A program made the position numbers and the translations under genes. A DNA stretch of 64,000 bases from an uncultured Clostridia bacterium (lineage in GTDB: Bacteria; Bacillota; Clostridia; Christensenellales; UBA1242): assembly GCA_934757825.1 (NCBI GenBank), contig CAKVLP010000001.1:430869-494868 (forward strand), given 5' to 3'. The notes under the pieces were generated by a model, which saw only the letters and a list, made by a program, of their open reading frames with translations, had not been told where the DNA came from and made no database searches. Positions 49,022 to 57,127 of the stretch are shown piece by piece. Every line of letters begins with the position of its first letter. The stretch's first letter is position 1.

Positions 49022-49182
49022 TTTTTAGAAGGTTATTATTTGCTTAATGTCTCGATGGATGTTTGTTTAAATATAAGCATGCTCTTAATTTAAAAAATCA
49101 GTATGGTAAAAGATAATTCATAATTGTAGCGGGAGTAAATTTAGTATCCTGATACAATTTATCATGTTTTTCCAAAGAAGTA

Positions 49183-49211
49183 TTGACTTTTTATCCGACT
49201 TAATTTATAAT
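49183..49211 (+). promoter_or_regulatory. Promoter of the island A operon
   Basis: TTGACT, 17-nt spacer, TATAAT, 30 nt upstream of the first ATG. Confidence 0.55.
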
Positions 49212-49240
49212 TGCATAAAGAATTTACGAATGAGGCTGAT

Positions 49241-50197
49241 ATGAATTCAATGTTTCAAGAAAATTTAAAAAAACTTGCAAAGCAATACACTCAGAAGGGT
49301 ATTGCGGATAAAACAGGCTTTTCTCAATCTAGTGTTAATAATTATATTTTTGGTGTCAGTGAACCGTCCATACAATTTCTAATTGCATTAAAAGATGCAT
49401 TTGGGGTAAGTGTGGACGATTTTTTGTTTTCTGATTTTGAAGTGGAAGAGAGAGAAACTTATAGTAGATATATTGGGAATTATCTCATTTATTATTATAA
49501 CAATGATTCCTACAAAGGAGAAGTTCATACAAATCTAAAAAATACATTAAACTATGGTGTTTTGAGTGTATTTAAGGATAAGCCGTTTGATAAGTCGGTT
49601 AAGGTTAATGCCATTTTTACAAAAGAACGCACAGATGCGGTAAAACTTTTAAAAATATTAAATTCAACAAAAGAAGTGGGTAAAGTTTATTTAGATTTGA
49701 ACAACTTTTATGTTGGTGATATATCGGCCAGTGATCAGAGCATATTTATTGATTTGGCAAACAAAACAAATGGTGACAAAAGTTTTATTATTTTAAATAA
49801 TCCACCTTCAAAACAAAGTTATATAGGCGGGGTAGGAACATCTAATTCAATTGCAAGGGGTAGAGAACATAACCCATGCATTCAACTTATAATTTTATCA
49901 AAAAAACTCATTGATGTGCCAGATGGAGAGCTGTATAATTTGTTAAAGTTTGATGACTATACAGTAAATATGGATTTTGCAATCAAAGATATAATTTCCT
50001 TGTTTAAGCGTTTGTATGTGGAAAAAAATGAAATTTCAATTGAGCTTACTGACAATCAAAAACAAGCAATTGTGAAAAATAAAATGGAATATCATTTTAA
50101 TGAAATATTGGAAGCAAATGTATTTAGATTTGCGAAAGTTTCAAATAAAGAAGACGATGCAATTTACAAACTAATAAGGGAGGGCATTGATGTTTGA
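49241..50197 (+). CDS. XRE-family helix-turn-helix protein with a ~250-aa C-terminal domain of unknown function
   Basis: The N-terminus (LKKLAKQYTQKGIADKTGFSQSSVNNYIFGVSEPSIQFLIALKDAFGVSVDDFLF) is a typical Cro/CI HTH. Start set at the ATG preceded by GAGG. Confidence 0.6.
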   Translation: MNSMFQENLKKLAKQYTQKGIADKTGFSQSSVNNYIFGVSEPSIQFLIALKDAFGVSVDDFLFSDFEVEERETYSRYIGNYLIYYYNNDSYKGEVHTNLKNTLNYGVLSVFKDKPFDKSVKVNAIFTKERTDAVKLLKILNSTKEVGKVYLDLNNFYVGDISASDQSIFIDLANKTNGDKSFIILNNPPSKQSYIGGVGTSNSIARGREHNPCIQLIILSKKLIDVPDGELYNLLKFDDYTVNMDFAIKDIISLFKRLYVEKNEISIELTDNQKQAIVKNKMEYHFNEILEANVFRFAKVSNKEDDAIYKLIREGIDV

Positions 50198-51614
50198 GGA
50201 TATTGATAAACGATTTGATAGCCTTCTTGAAGCTGTAAAATCCAACGATTTGCCTGTTGAAATAATTAAAAAAGCATATTTAAAAGCGAGGAACTTACAC
50301 AAAGACCAAAAGCGTAAAGATGGCACACCATACATAAGTCATCCCGTTGAAGTTGCACTTATTTTGGCAAAACTTAATTTTGATGAAAATGTCATTGCTG
50401 GTGCTTTACTGCACGATACTATTGAAGATTGTGGATACACTGCCGATGAAATGAAAGCAGATTTTAATGAAACAATTTTTAAACTTGTTGACTGTGTTAG
50501 TGCAATCGACAAAACGAAATATGTGTTTAACAAAGAAAACATTTATGAAGACCCAGAATTTGTTAAATCTTCAGCTGAAGAGCAGACTTTTAAAAAACTA
50601 ATCACTCTCGGCAAAGAGAATCCATGTGGATTTGCAATAAAATTTGCGGATAGATTGCACAATTTAAGGACAATTGAAACATTTGATTATACAAAGCAAC
50701 TTGAAAAAGTGCGAGAAACCGAAAAATGGATTCTTCCTATTGCCAAAGCTCTTAAAGGCGAATATTTTTACAGAGCAATAAAAAATGAATGCTTTAAAAT
50801 TCAAAATCAACAGATAATAAAACCATTTTTGGAACACTATTCAATTTACCACAACTCAAATCAAAAAAATATTGAAAATTTGAACTATAAATTTAAAGAG
50901 ATATTTGCGAATTCATCTATAAAAACAGTAAAGATAAAAAATGTTAGAGAATACAAAGTTTTTGAAGATCTAACAAGGTTGTATAAAAAGGTTGATTTAG
51001 GTAAAATTTCACAAGGACAAATTTTAAAAGTTGCAAACTACAATATTTTTATGATTTACCAAGATGTGCCACATAAAAAAGCTTTAGCTGAAGTTATAAA
51101 TCTATTGAATGCGAAAACAAAGCTTAAAATTATTGATACAAAAATCGGTGGCTTTACAGGTAAAATGTATATGGAAGTTGAAGATGATTGCAAAAACAAA
51201 TATAATGTTTATACTCTTACGGCGAATGAATATACAATAATGAAAGTTGGAACTGCTAATGGTCAAAATCTTGATAAGATAGACGAAGAGAATATCAATG
51301 AACTTGATATGGATTTAATAAAAGTTAAAACTCGTTCCGGAGAACTGCGTTATATTGCGAAGGGTAGTACCGTTTTGGATTTTGCGTTTAAAATTCATAG
51401 AGATATCGGTTTTGCATTTAAGTATGCGATAGTTAACGACAGTAAAACAAAATTTCCACCATACACGAAATTGAATGATGGAGATAAGGTCGAAATAGTA
51501 ACAGAAAAAGATTCGAATGGCGATGCGAAAAATTGTGCACAACTTAAGTGGCTGGCATATGTTAATAGCGAGTTGGCAAAGAAAAATTTAATAAAATGGT
51601 TTGAAAAATTATAA
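50190..51614 (+). CDS. RelA/SpoT-homologue: HD (p)ppGpp-hydrolase-type domain plus TGS domain, with no recognisable synthetase motifs
   Basis: HD region PYISHPVEVALILAKL...ALLHDTIED...ADRLHNLRT. TGS region IKVKTRSGELRYIAKGSTVLDFAFKIHRDIG...LNDGDKVEIVT. The ATG overlaps the upstream stop (ATGTTTGA). Confidence 0.8.
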   Translation: MFEDIDKRFDSLLEAVKSNDLPVEIIKKAYLKARNLHKDQKRKDGTPYISHPVEVALILAKLNFDENVIAGALLHDTIEDCGYTADEMKADFNETIFKLVDCVSAIDKTKYVFNKENIYEDPEFVKSSAEEQTFKKLITLGKENPCGFAIKFADRLHNLRTIETFDYTKQLEKVRETEKWILPIAKALKGEYFYRAIKNECFKIQNQQIIKPFLEHYSIYHNSNQKNIENLNYKFKEIFANSSIKTVKIKNVREYKVFEDLTRLYKKVDLGKISQGQILKVANYNIFMIYQDVPHKKALAEVINLLNAKTKLKIIDTKIGGFTGKMYMEVEDDCKNKYNVYTLTANEYTIMKVGTANGQNLDKIDEENINELDMDLIKVKTRSGELRYIAKGSTVLDFAFKIHRDIGFAFKYAIVNDSKTKFPPYTKLNDGDKVEIVTEKDSNGDAKNCAQLKWLAYVNSELAKKNLIKWFEKL

Positions 51615-51629
51615 TGGGAGAACACTAGT

Positions 51630-52802
51630 ATGTTATGTAGAATTATAAAAACCAAAAAAAGTACGGAAGTTGTATTAGTGCAGGCAATAACAGAAGATTT
51701 GCAAAAAATAAACATGATATTTGAAAGAGCTTTATTTGATGAATATAATATAGTTAATTCAAATATAGTTGATTTAGATGTAGAAAAAATAAAAGACTTT
51801 AAAGGTAATGATATTTGGAATGTTGTTAAAATCAACAAGTTATTTTATGGGAATAAAAAAGAGCCTTATAAAAACCCTGAAGAATTACACTATTCACAAA
51901 AGACTACTATAAATAGAAAATTTATACAAGCGTATAATGCTGGAGATAATTTAAAAAAATGGATTTTCAAACAAAAGCTAACAGAGCAGTTGTCTAAATT
52001 GATGACTGAAAAAGGATTTATGCGTATTTACACAAATAATATTATGGATGAACGTGGAACGTCTATTGTAAATCCGATGAAAGTGTCATCTAATTTTAGC
52101 GAAACAAAGTATTTGAAAATAACAAATGAATTATTGCTGAAAGAGGCATCTTTTCTAACAATGCAACCTGTTTTTGAGATTGGTTATGTGTCAAGGGATA
52201 TTTATAAAAACAGGGATGATTTAAATGAATATTTATCTTTAGAGGCAGTGCAAAATATAAAACTGAACTATGATCTAGCAGAGTTATATCACGAAATTTA
52301 TGAGACAGCAGTTGAAACAGCTCAACGATGTGGACTTGAAGACAGCATATCAGTTCCACCTATTCGCATTGTGGATGTTTTAAAGGAGTTTAAATATGCT
52401 GGTAAATTTGATATTGGTGCATTTAAAGATTATTATAAAACATTAGTTAAAACACTAGATAAAGAAAATGTAATTTTTGTAAATGCTCCTACAAACTCTC
52501 CATTAGCTAAAAAGATAGATATTGGAATTGGATTGGAAACAAAATGGAGATTATGTGGTGCTGGTGTTGGTCATGGATATTGGAGTGAAATTGACCATGA
52601 GTTAGTATCCCAACATATGCAATATCAAGTTGATGAGTTAAAATCTAAAGGAGTTGATACTAAATTACCATTAAACTTTATAAATTCATTAAAATATGCC
52701 GGAATGGAAAATTGTGCATTTAATTTAGGAATTGATAGATTTTATTATAAATTTTTAGGATATCCATCCATAAGAGATTCTGAAAATGTTTTAGGACTAT
52801 AA
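51630..52802 (+). CDS. Class II (subclass IIb, Lys/Asp/Asn-type) aminoacyl-tRNA-synthetase-like ligase paralogue
   Basis: Motif 1 region LMTEKGFMRIYTNNI, motif 2 region VFEIGYVSRD...NEYLSLEA and motif 3 FNLGIDRFYYKFLGYPSIRDS. The N-terminus is only ~100 aa and highly divergent. Confidence 0.65.
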   Translation: MLCRIIKTKKSTEVVLVQAITEDLQKINMIFERALFDEYNIVNSNIVDLDVEKIKDFKGNDIWNVVKINKLFYGNKKEPYKNPEELHYSQKTTINRKFIQAYNAGDNLKKWIFKQKLTEQLSKLMTEKGFMRIYTNNIMDERGTSIVNPMKVSSNFSETKYLKITNELLLKEASFLTMQPVFEIGYVSRDIYKNRDDLNEYLSLEAVQNIKLNYDLAELYHEIYETAVETAQRCGLEDSISVPPIRIVDVLKEFKYAGKFDIGAFKDYYKTLVKTLDKENVIFVNAPTNSPLAKKIDIGIGLETKWRLCGAGVGHGYWSEIDHELVSQHMQYQVDELKSKGVDTKLPLNFINSLKYAGMENCAFNLGIDRFYYKFLGYPSIRDSENVLGL

Positions 52803-52812
52803 GGAGATTTAA

Positions 52813-54027
52813 GTGAAAAAAGTATTAGTAATGTGGCCTCCACAATTAATGTTTTATGGAAGTGTATTTAGGCACTTTACTTTTGTAGGAGAAACAATAG
52901 ATTACATATGTAAAAATGTAGATGCAGAAGTTGAATATATTGATTGTGGAATTGAAATGTATTCTCTAAAAGTTATTCAAAATCACTTTAAAAACAATCA
53001 ATATTTGGTGATTTACGGAGAAACTTATACCATAGAATCGTGTAGGAAAATGGCTAAATTGGCAAAGCAAGTAAATCCACAAATAAAGATTATTGGATTT
53101 GGCAGAGCGTTTTGTTATATGCCACAATATTTTTTAAGCAACAATTTTGATGCGGTTGTTGTAAATGGTTTTTGGGAAAAATCTATTGTAGACTTTATTA
53201 ATGAAAACACGGCGGATGATTGCGGTGAAATCCTTACACTGGAAGGTCGAAAAGGTAAACCTTATCAGTTGCAACCTGATGAATGGGGTGTCCCTAGGTT
53301 GGATAAAATCCCATATGAAAAGTATTTTGAGATTACTCAAAAGAAACAACTGGAAATATGTGTTAATAAAGGATGTCCTTATAATTGTTCTTTTTGTTCA
53401 GAGAAGTTTGTTTATGGGAGGAAAGAAGGTAGAAGAAGCCCCAATAATTTGATAAAGTTTATAGAATCTTCTCATCACTTGTGTGATACTTATTTCTTTG
53501 ATGCTACAACATTTACATTTGATAAACAATGGGTAAAAGAAGTATGCGAAAAAATTAAAGCGTTGCCTTATAAAATAAAATGGTGCACTACAACTAGGTT
53601 AGATGAATTAAGTGAAGATTTAATTAAAATGATGTCAGAAGCCGGTTGTTTTAGATTAAGTGTTGGTGTCGAGACTTTGAATAAAGATATACAAAAAAAC
53701 GTGCATAAAGAAATAAATTATAACAATATGATAGATTTGTTCAATTTGTTAAAGAAATATAATATAAAGCCTCGAGCATTATTAATTTGTGGCCTTCCTG
53801 GTCAAACAAAAGAAGAATTGTTGCATACATATCAAAAAGTAAAAGAAATGGATTTGGATTTTCGTTTTAAAGAATATGCACCGTATAATGAAATTTTGAA
53901 AGATGGGGTAAGTAGACAGGTTATTGATAGATTTGACAGAACTGAATATATGAGTGATGATATAGATGTCAAGGATTTGTCTTCAGAACAATATATGGAA
54001 CTTTTATTTGCTGATACCGGGAGGTAA
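52813..54027 (+). CDS. B12-binding-domain radical SAM enzyme (class B-like)
   Basis: N-terminal Rossmann-like cobalamin-domain layout followed by the CxxxCxxC cluster (CPYNCSFC). GTG start with AAGGAG RBS. Confidence 0.75.
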   Translation: MKKVLVMWPPQLMFYGSVFRHFTFVGETIDYICKNVDAEVEYIDCGIEMYSLKVIQNHFKNNQYLVIYGETYTIESCRKMAKLAKQVNPQIKIIGFGRAFCYMPQYFLSNNFDAVVVNGFWEKSIVDFINENTADDCGEILTLEGRKGKPYQLQPDEWGVPRLDKIPYEKYFEITQKKQLEICVNKGCPYNCSFCSEKFVYGRKEGRRSPNNLIKFIESSHHLCDTYFFDATTFTFDKQWVKEVCEKIKALPYKIKWCTTTRLDELSEDLIKMMSEAGCFRLSVGVETLNKDIQKNVHKEINYNNMIDLFNLLKKYNIKPRALLICGLPGQTKEELLHTYQKVKEMDLDFRFKEYAPYNEILKDGVSRQVIDRFDRTEYMSDDIDVKDLSSEQYMELLFADTGR

Positions 54028-54030
54028 AAT

Positions 54031-55071
54031 ATGATATTATATTTAAAATCTTCTATTTCAATATCCGCTTATACTGGATGTTTAATAGGGTGTAAATATT
54101 GCATACTTGGCACATGTAGAGAAAACAATAAGATATGGAAAGTAATTGATGAAGAGAAACTAATACAAAATCTAAGTGATTATAAATATTTTGTTAAAGA
54201 TTTTACGCCTATCACAATTAACAATACTAGCGATCCATTCCTAAACAATATATTGAAGAAAAGTACTTTTAAATTATTAAACTTAATAGAACAAAAAGGA
54301 TGGAAAAATCCATTGATTCTCATAACTAAAGGCTATTTAAGTGATGAAGATATAAAAATATTAAGTAAAGTTAATCTTAATATGTATATATTTTACACAT
54401 TGTCAGGATTGTCGGAGACTATGGAAAATAGAAACTTATCAACTCAAATATATACTATAGAAAAACTTTCTACATGTAAGAATATTAAATTAATTCATTA
54501 TTGGCGTCCTGTAATAGAAGGAATAAATAGCGACGATAAAACGATAGAGTCGGTTGCAATATTAGCCACAAAATATTTTAAAGCAAGTATAATTTCAGGA
54601 ATAAGGGTTAATTCGCATATTAAAGACATGTTCGCAAAAGAAAACATTCCAATGCTAATATCTCCAAACGCTGAACATAAAGTTATTTTAGATAAGACCT
54701 TTAGAAAAATATATGACAAGTGTAAAGAATTGGATCCGGGATATAGGATATTTAAAAAGACGTCTTGTTGTATAAGTTATTTTGAAAATGATGTTGATTA
54801 TAATGGTTATGCATTATCAAAAAAATTTTGCTCTGAAGCTTGTCCTAATTATCAAAATTGTTCACATGCAAAATATCCAAGCAAAAGAGATATCGGCAAA
54901 CTATTACATAATTTTGGTATCAAATCAAAATACTCCATAGAAAAATATACGCTACATATTCATACTACACTTTCTCAAGAAGACTGTTCAGCAATTAGGC
55001 ACAATCTAAAGATCAAAGTTATTCCCGATAAATTGATAAAAAGTAATTCGGAGGATGAATTATCAAAATGA
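54031..55071 (+). CDS. Radical SAM enzyme (SplB/COG1533-like) with a Cys-rich C-terminal region
   Basis: YTGCLIGCKYC (CxxxCxxC) near the N-terminus. The C-terminus has SCCISYF...FCSEACPNYQNC. GGGAGG RBS upstream. Confidence 0.7.
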   Translation: MILYLKSSISISAYTGCLIGCKYCILGTCRENNKIWKVIDEEKLIQNLSDYKYFVKDFTPITINNTSDPFLNNILKKSTFKLLNLIEQKGWKNPLILITKGYLSDEDIKILSKVNLNMYIFYTLSGLSETMENRNLSTQIYTIEKLSTCKNIKLIHYWRPVIEGINSDDKTIESVAILATKYFKASIISGIRVNSHIKDMFAKENIPMLISPNAEHKVILDKTFRKIYDKCKELDPGYRIFKKTSCCISYFENDVDYNGYALSKKFCSEACPNYQNCSHAKYPSKRDIGKLLHNFGIKSKYSIEKYTLHIHTTLSQEDCSAIRHNLKIKVIPDKLIKSNSEDELSK

Positions 55072-55604
55072 TATCGATTTGTTATGATTTGCACAACACT
55101 TTGATTAAAAGTGATCCAGCATGGTTAAAAGCTTTTAAGAAATTGTGTAAAAATAGATACCCTGTCATAAAACAAGAATATAAATTTATGAGTAGAAAAG
55201 CTATATGTAGGAAATACAATATAGATTTTGAAACCCTTGAAAACGAGTACAGAAAACATATACGATTAAATAAAAAAGTGTGTAAGACATATTATAAATA
55301 TTTAGATGAGTATCCAACGATGATAATATCAAATGCTCCAGCAAGTCGTGTTTATAAAGATATTGAAAAATGTAAACTTAATCACGATTTAGTAAAGATT
55401 TATACAAAAGAAGATGGTGAAAAGCCTGCTAGCAAATACATAAATAAAATATTGTCGCAAAATAAAATTCAATTTGCTATAATGATTGGAGACAACAAGG
55501 ATGAAGACATATTTAATCTAACAAACGTTAAAACAATGCTCGTTGATAAAACAAAAAATATAAACAAAGAGATAAATAAAATATTGGAGAGTTTAAAAAG
55601 ATGA
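55068..55604 (+). CDS. HAD-superfamily hydrolase with atypical motif I
   Basis: Motif I YDLHNTL (DxHxT instead of DxDxT), motif II ISNAP and motif IV IGDNKDED. The ATGA start overlaps the upstream stop. Confidence 0.55.
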   Translation: MISICYDLHNTLIKSDPAWLKAFKKLCKNRYPVIKQEYKFMSRKAICRKYNIDFETLENEYRKHIRLNKKVCKTYYKYLDEYPTMIISNAPASRVYKDIEKCKLNHDLVKIYTKEDGEKPASKYINKILSQNKIQFAIMIGDNKDEDIFNLTNVKTMLVDKTKNINKEINKILESLKR

Positions 55605-56266
55605 AAATTTATTTACTTAGTGGGCCAGATAAATATAAAGGATATTGTGATGTTCTTAAAGCAGATATAAGCAATGAGGTCAATAATATAAAATGTTTAG
55701 TTGGCATTGCCGCCAATCCCAATAAACATGAGAAGAACGATAAAATGTTTTTTGGTGATGGGGCTTGTCCTGGCGTTGTTAATATGTTAAAGTCTTGCAA
55801 CATTCAAATAGACGAAAGCATTTTAATAGATGATAGAATGGATGTTCAAACTGCGAAATTAACCATAGAAAGAGCTGATGCTATATATTTGTTGGGTGGC
55901 GACCCTATGAGTCAATACAAATTTATTGAAAGTATTGGTTGTCTTGAGGTATTAAAAGAATTTAGTGGAATTATATTTGGTATTAGTGCTGGTTCAATGA
56001 ATTGTTCAAATAATGTTTTATATTTTGCAGAGGATGGGTCTAACGATATAATAAAATATAAAGGGTTAGGGATTTCTTCAGTATATATCTACCCTCACTT
56101 TTCAGTAGACAATGAAGAATTGGTTTCACAATTAAAACAGTTATCGCAAGATACGGACATTTTCGCTTTGCCAAACGATTCTTATATTAAAACAACTAAC
56201 AACAAAACCGAGATAGTAGGTAAATGTTATTTATTTTCAAATCGAAAGATTACGGAGTTGAATTAG
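55601..56266 (+). CDS. Peptidase S51 (dipeptidase E / cyanophycinase-type) family protein
   Basis: AIYLLGGDP...GISAGSMNC...YPHF matches the GG(N/D)...G-x-SAG-S/A...H arrangement of S51. The ATGA start overlaps the upstream stop. Confidence 0.6.
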   Translation: MKIYLLSGPDKYKGYCDVLKADISNEVNNIKCLVGIAANPNKHEKNDKMFFGDGACPGVVNMLKSCNIQIDESILIDDRMDVQTAKLTIERADAIYLLGGDPMSQYKFIESIGCLEVLKEFSGIIFGISAGSMNCSNNVLYFAEDGSNDIIKYKGLGISSVYIYPHFSVDNEELVSQLKQLSQDTDIFALPNDSYIKTTNNKTEIVGKCYLFSNRKITELN

Positions 56267-56818
56267 TTGGAGCTAATTAAGTATTATAATCAAGATGGTG
56301 ACTACGTAAAGACATTAGAAAGAAATCATCCATCTTCTAAAGAATTATGGTACAATATTGTTGTAGGATTAATTGTAAATTTAAAATTTCGAAAATTATA
56401 TTTACAATTAGATACCGAAAATAATCTACAACTAACTGCTGGCGGACACGTACAATGTGATGAAGAATCTAATGAGGCTATAGCTAGAGAAATATTGGAA
56501 GAAACTGGAATAAATGTTGGCGATTGTGAGTTGTTAAATACATTTACATATAAGTGTTATTCTAAAAATCAGTTCCATAAATATTATATATATAATGCGG
56601 ATATTACATTAAACTCGTTTCAAATAAAAGACAAAAAAGAGGTATTAACTTTTATTGAACTTGATATAGATGAATTGTTAAACCAAGCAGGCTGTATTGG
56701 AAAAGATGTTGAGGGAATTAAAAAAAGTCTAAATTATTATGAGGTTGTAAAAGCCTTTAATGGTGAATATGTTTTATATCAAATATGTAATATTATAAAA
56801 AATCTTCCATCGGTATAA
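56267..56818 (+). CDS. Nudix hydrolase
   Basis: Nudix box GGHVQCDEESNEAIAREILEETGI. TTG start directly after the upstream TAG. Confidence 0.7.
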   Translation: MELIKYYNQDGDYVKTLERNHPSSKELWYNIVVGLIVNLKFRKLYLQLDTENNLQLTAGGHVQCDEESNEAIAREILEETGINVGDCELLNTFTYKCYSKNQFHKYYIYNADITLNSFQIKDKKEVLTFIELDIDELLNQAGCIGKDVEGIKKSLNYYEVVKAFNGEYVLYQICNIIKNLPSV

Positions 56819-57071
56819 CGTTGGAAGATTTAATTTTTGTTATAAATAAATTTGTATTGTTCCTTTTTAAAAGATTGTTTTATTTTGGTATCCTAGCGTG
56901 TGCTTGTCTTGATGCAAGTAAACGCTTTTGTTCCGCCTTGAGATGATAAACGAGAACTCTTTATTGTCTCTTTTTTTGGTGTTGTGTTTCATTTTGGCTT
57001 GTTATTGAGCACATTAAACGGTAGTTTAAGCAATAAAAAGACTAAATCAAATATTTGATTTAGTCTTTATT

Positions 57072-57127
57072 TGGTGCCGAAGGTGGGGGTCGAACCCACA
57101 TGAAGTTGCCCTCGCAAGATTTTGAGT
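57072..57127. repeat. Direct repeat copy 2: last 56 nt of tRNA-Leu(CAA), from CCA through the anticodon loop
   Basis: TGGTGCCGAAGG...CCCTCGCAAGATTTTGAGT is identical to 60684-60739. It is preceded by a different hairpin (AAAGACTAAATCAAATATTTGATTTAGTCTTT). Confidence 0.9.

Larger units (their letters stand above)
49022..57071. mobile_element. Genomic island A at tRNA-Leu (integrase-less), carrying the 8-gene operon
   Basis: Bounded by tRNA-Leu 3'-end copies at 48985-49021 and 57072-57127. By eye it is clearly more AT-rich than the flanking housekeeping genes. Confidence 0.7.

Noticed and set aside
49022-49240. RiPP precursor or other small peptide gene upstream of the radical SAM-containing operon
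   Set aside because: Only trivial 4-7-codon ORFs without an RBS are present. There is no Cys/Ser/Thr-rich peptide ORF in either flank (49022-49240 or 56819-57071).
56867-56992. 41-codon minus-strand ORF (MKHNTKKRDNKEFSFIISRRNKSVYLHQDKHTLGYQNKTIF) as the N-terminal stub of the missing island A integrase
   Set aside because: It lies next to att copy 2 and is vaguely reminiscent of integrase arm-binding N-termini. However, it is far too short and low-complexity to support the call without a homology search.
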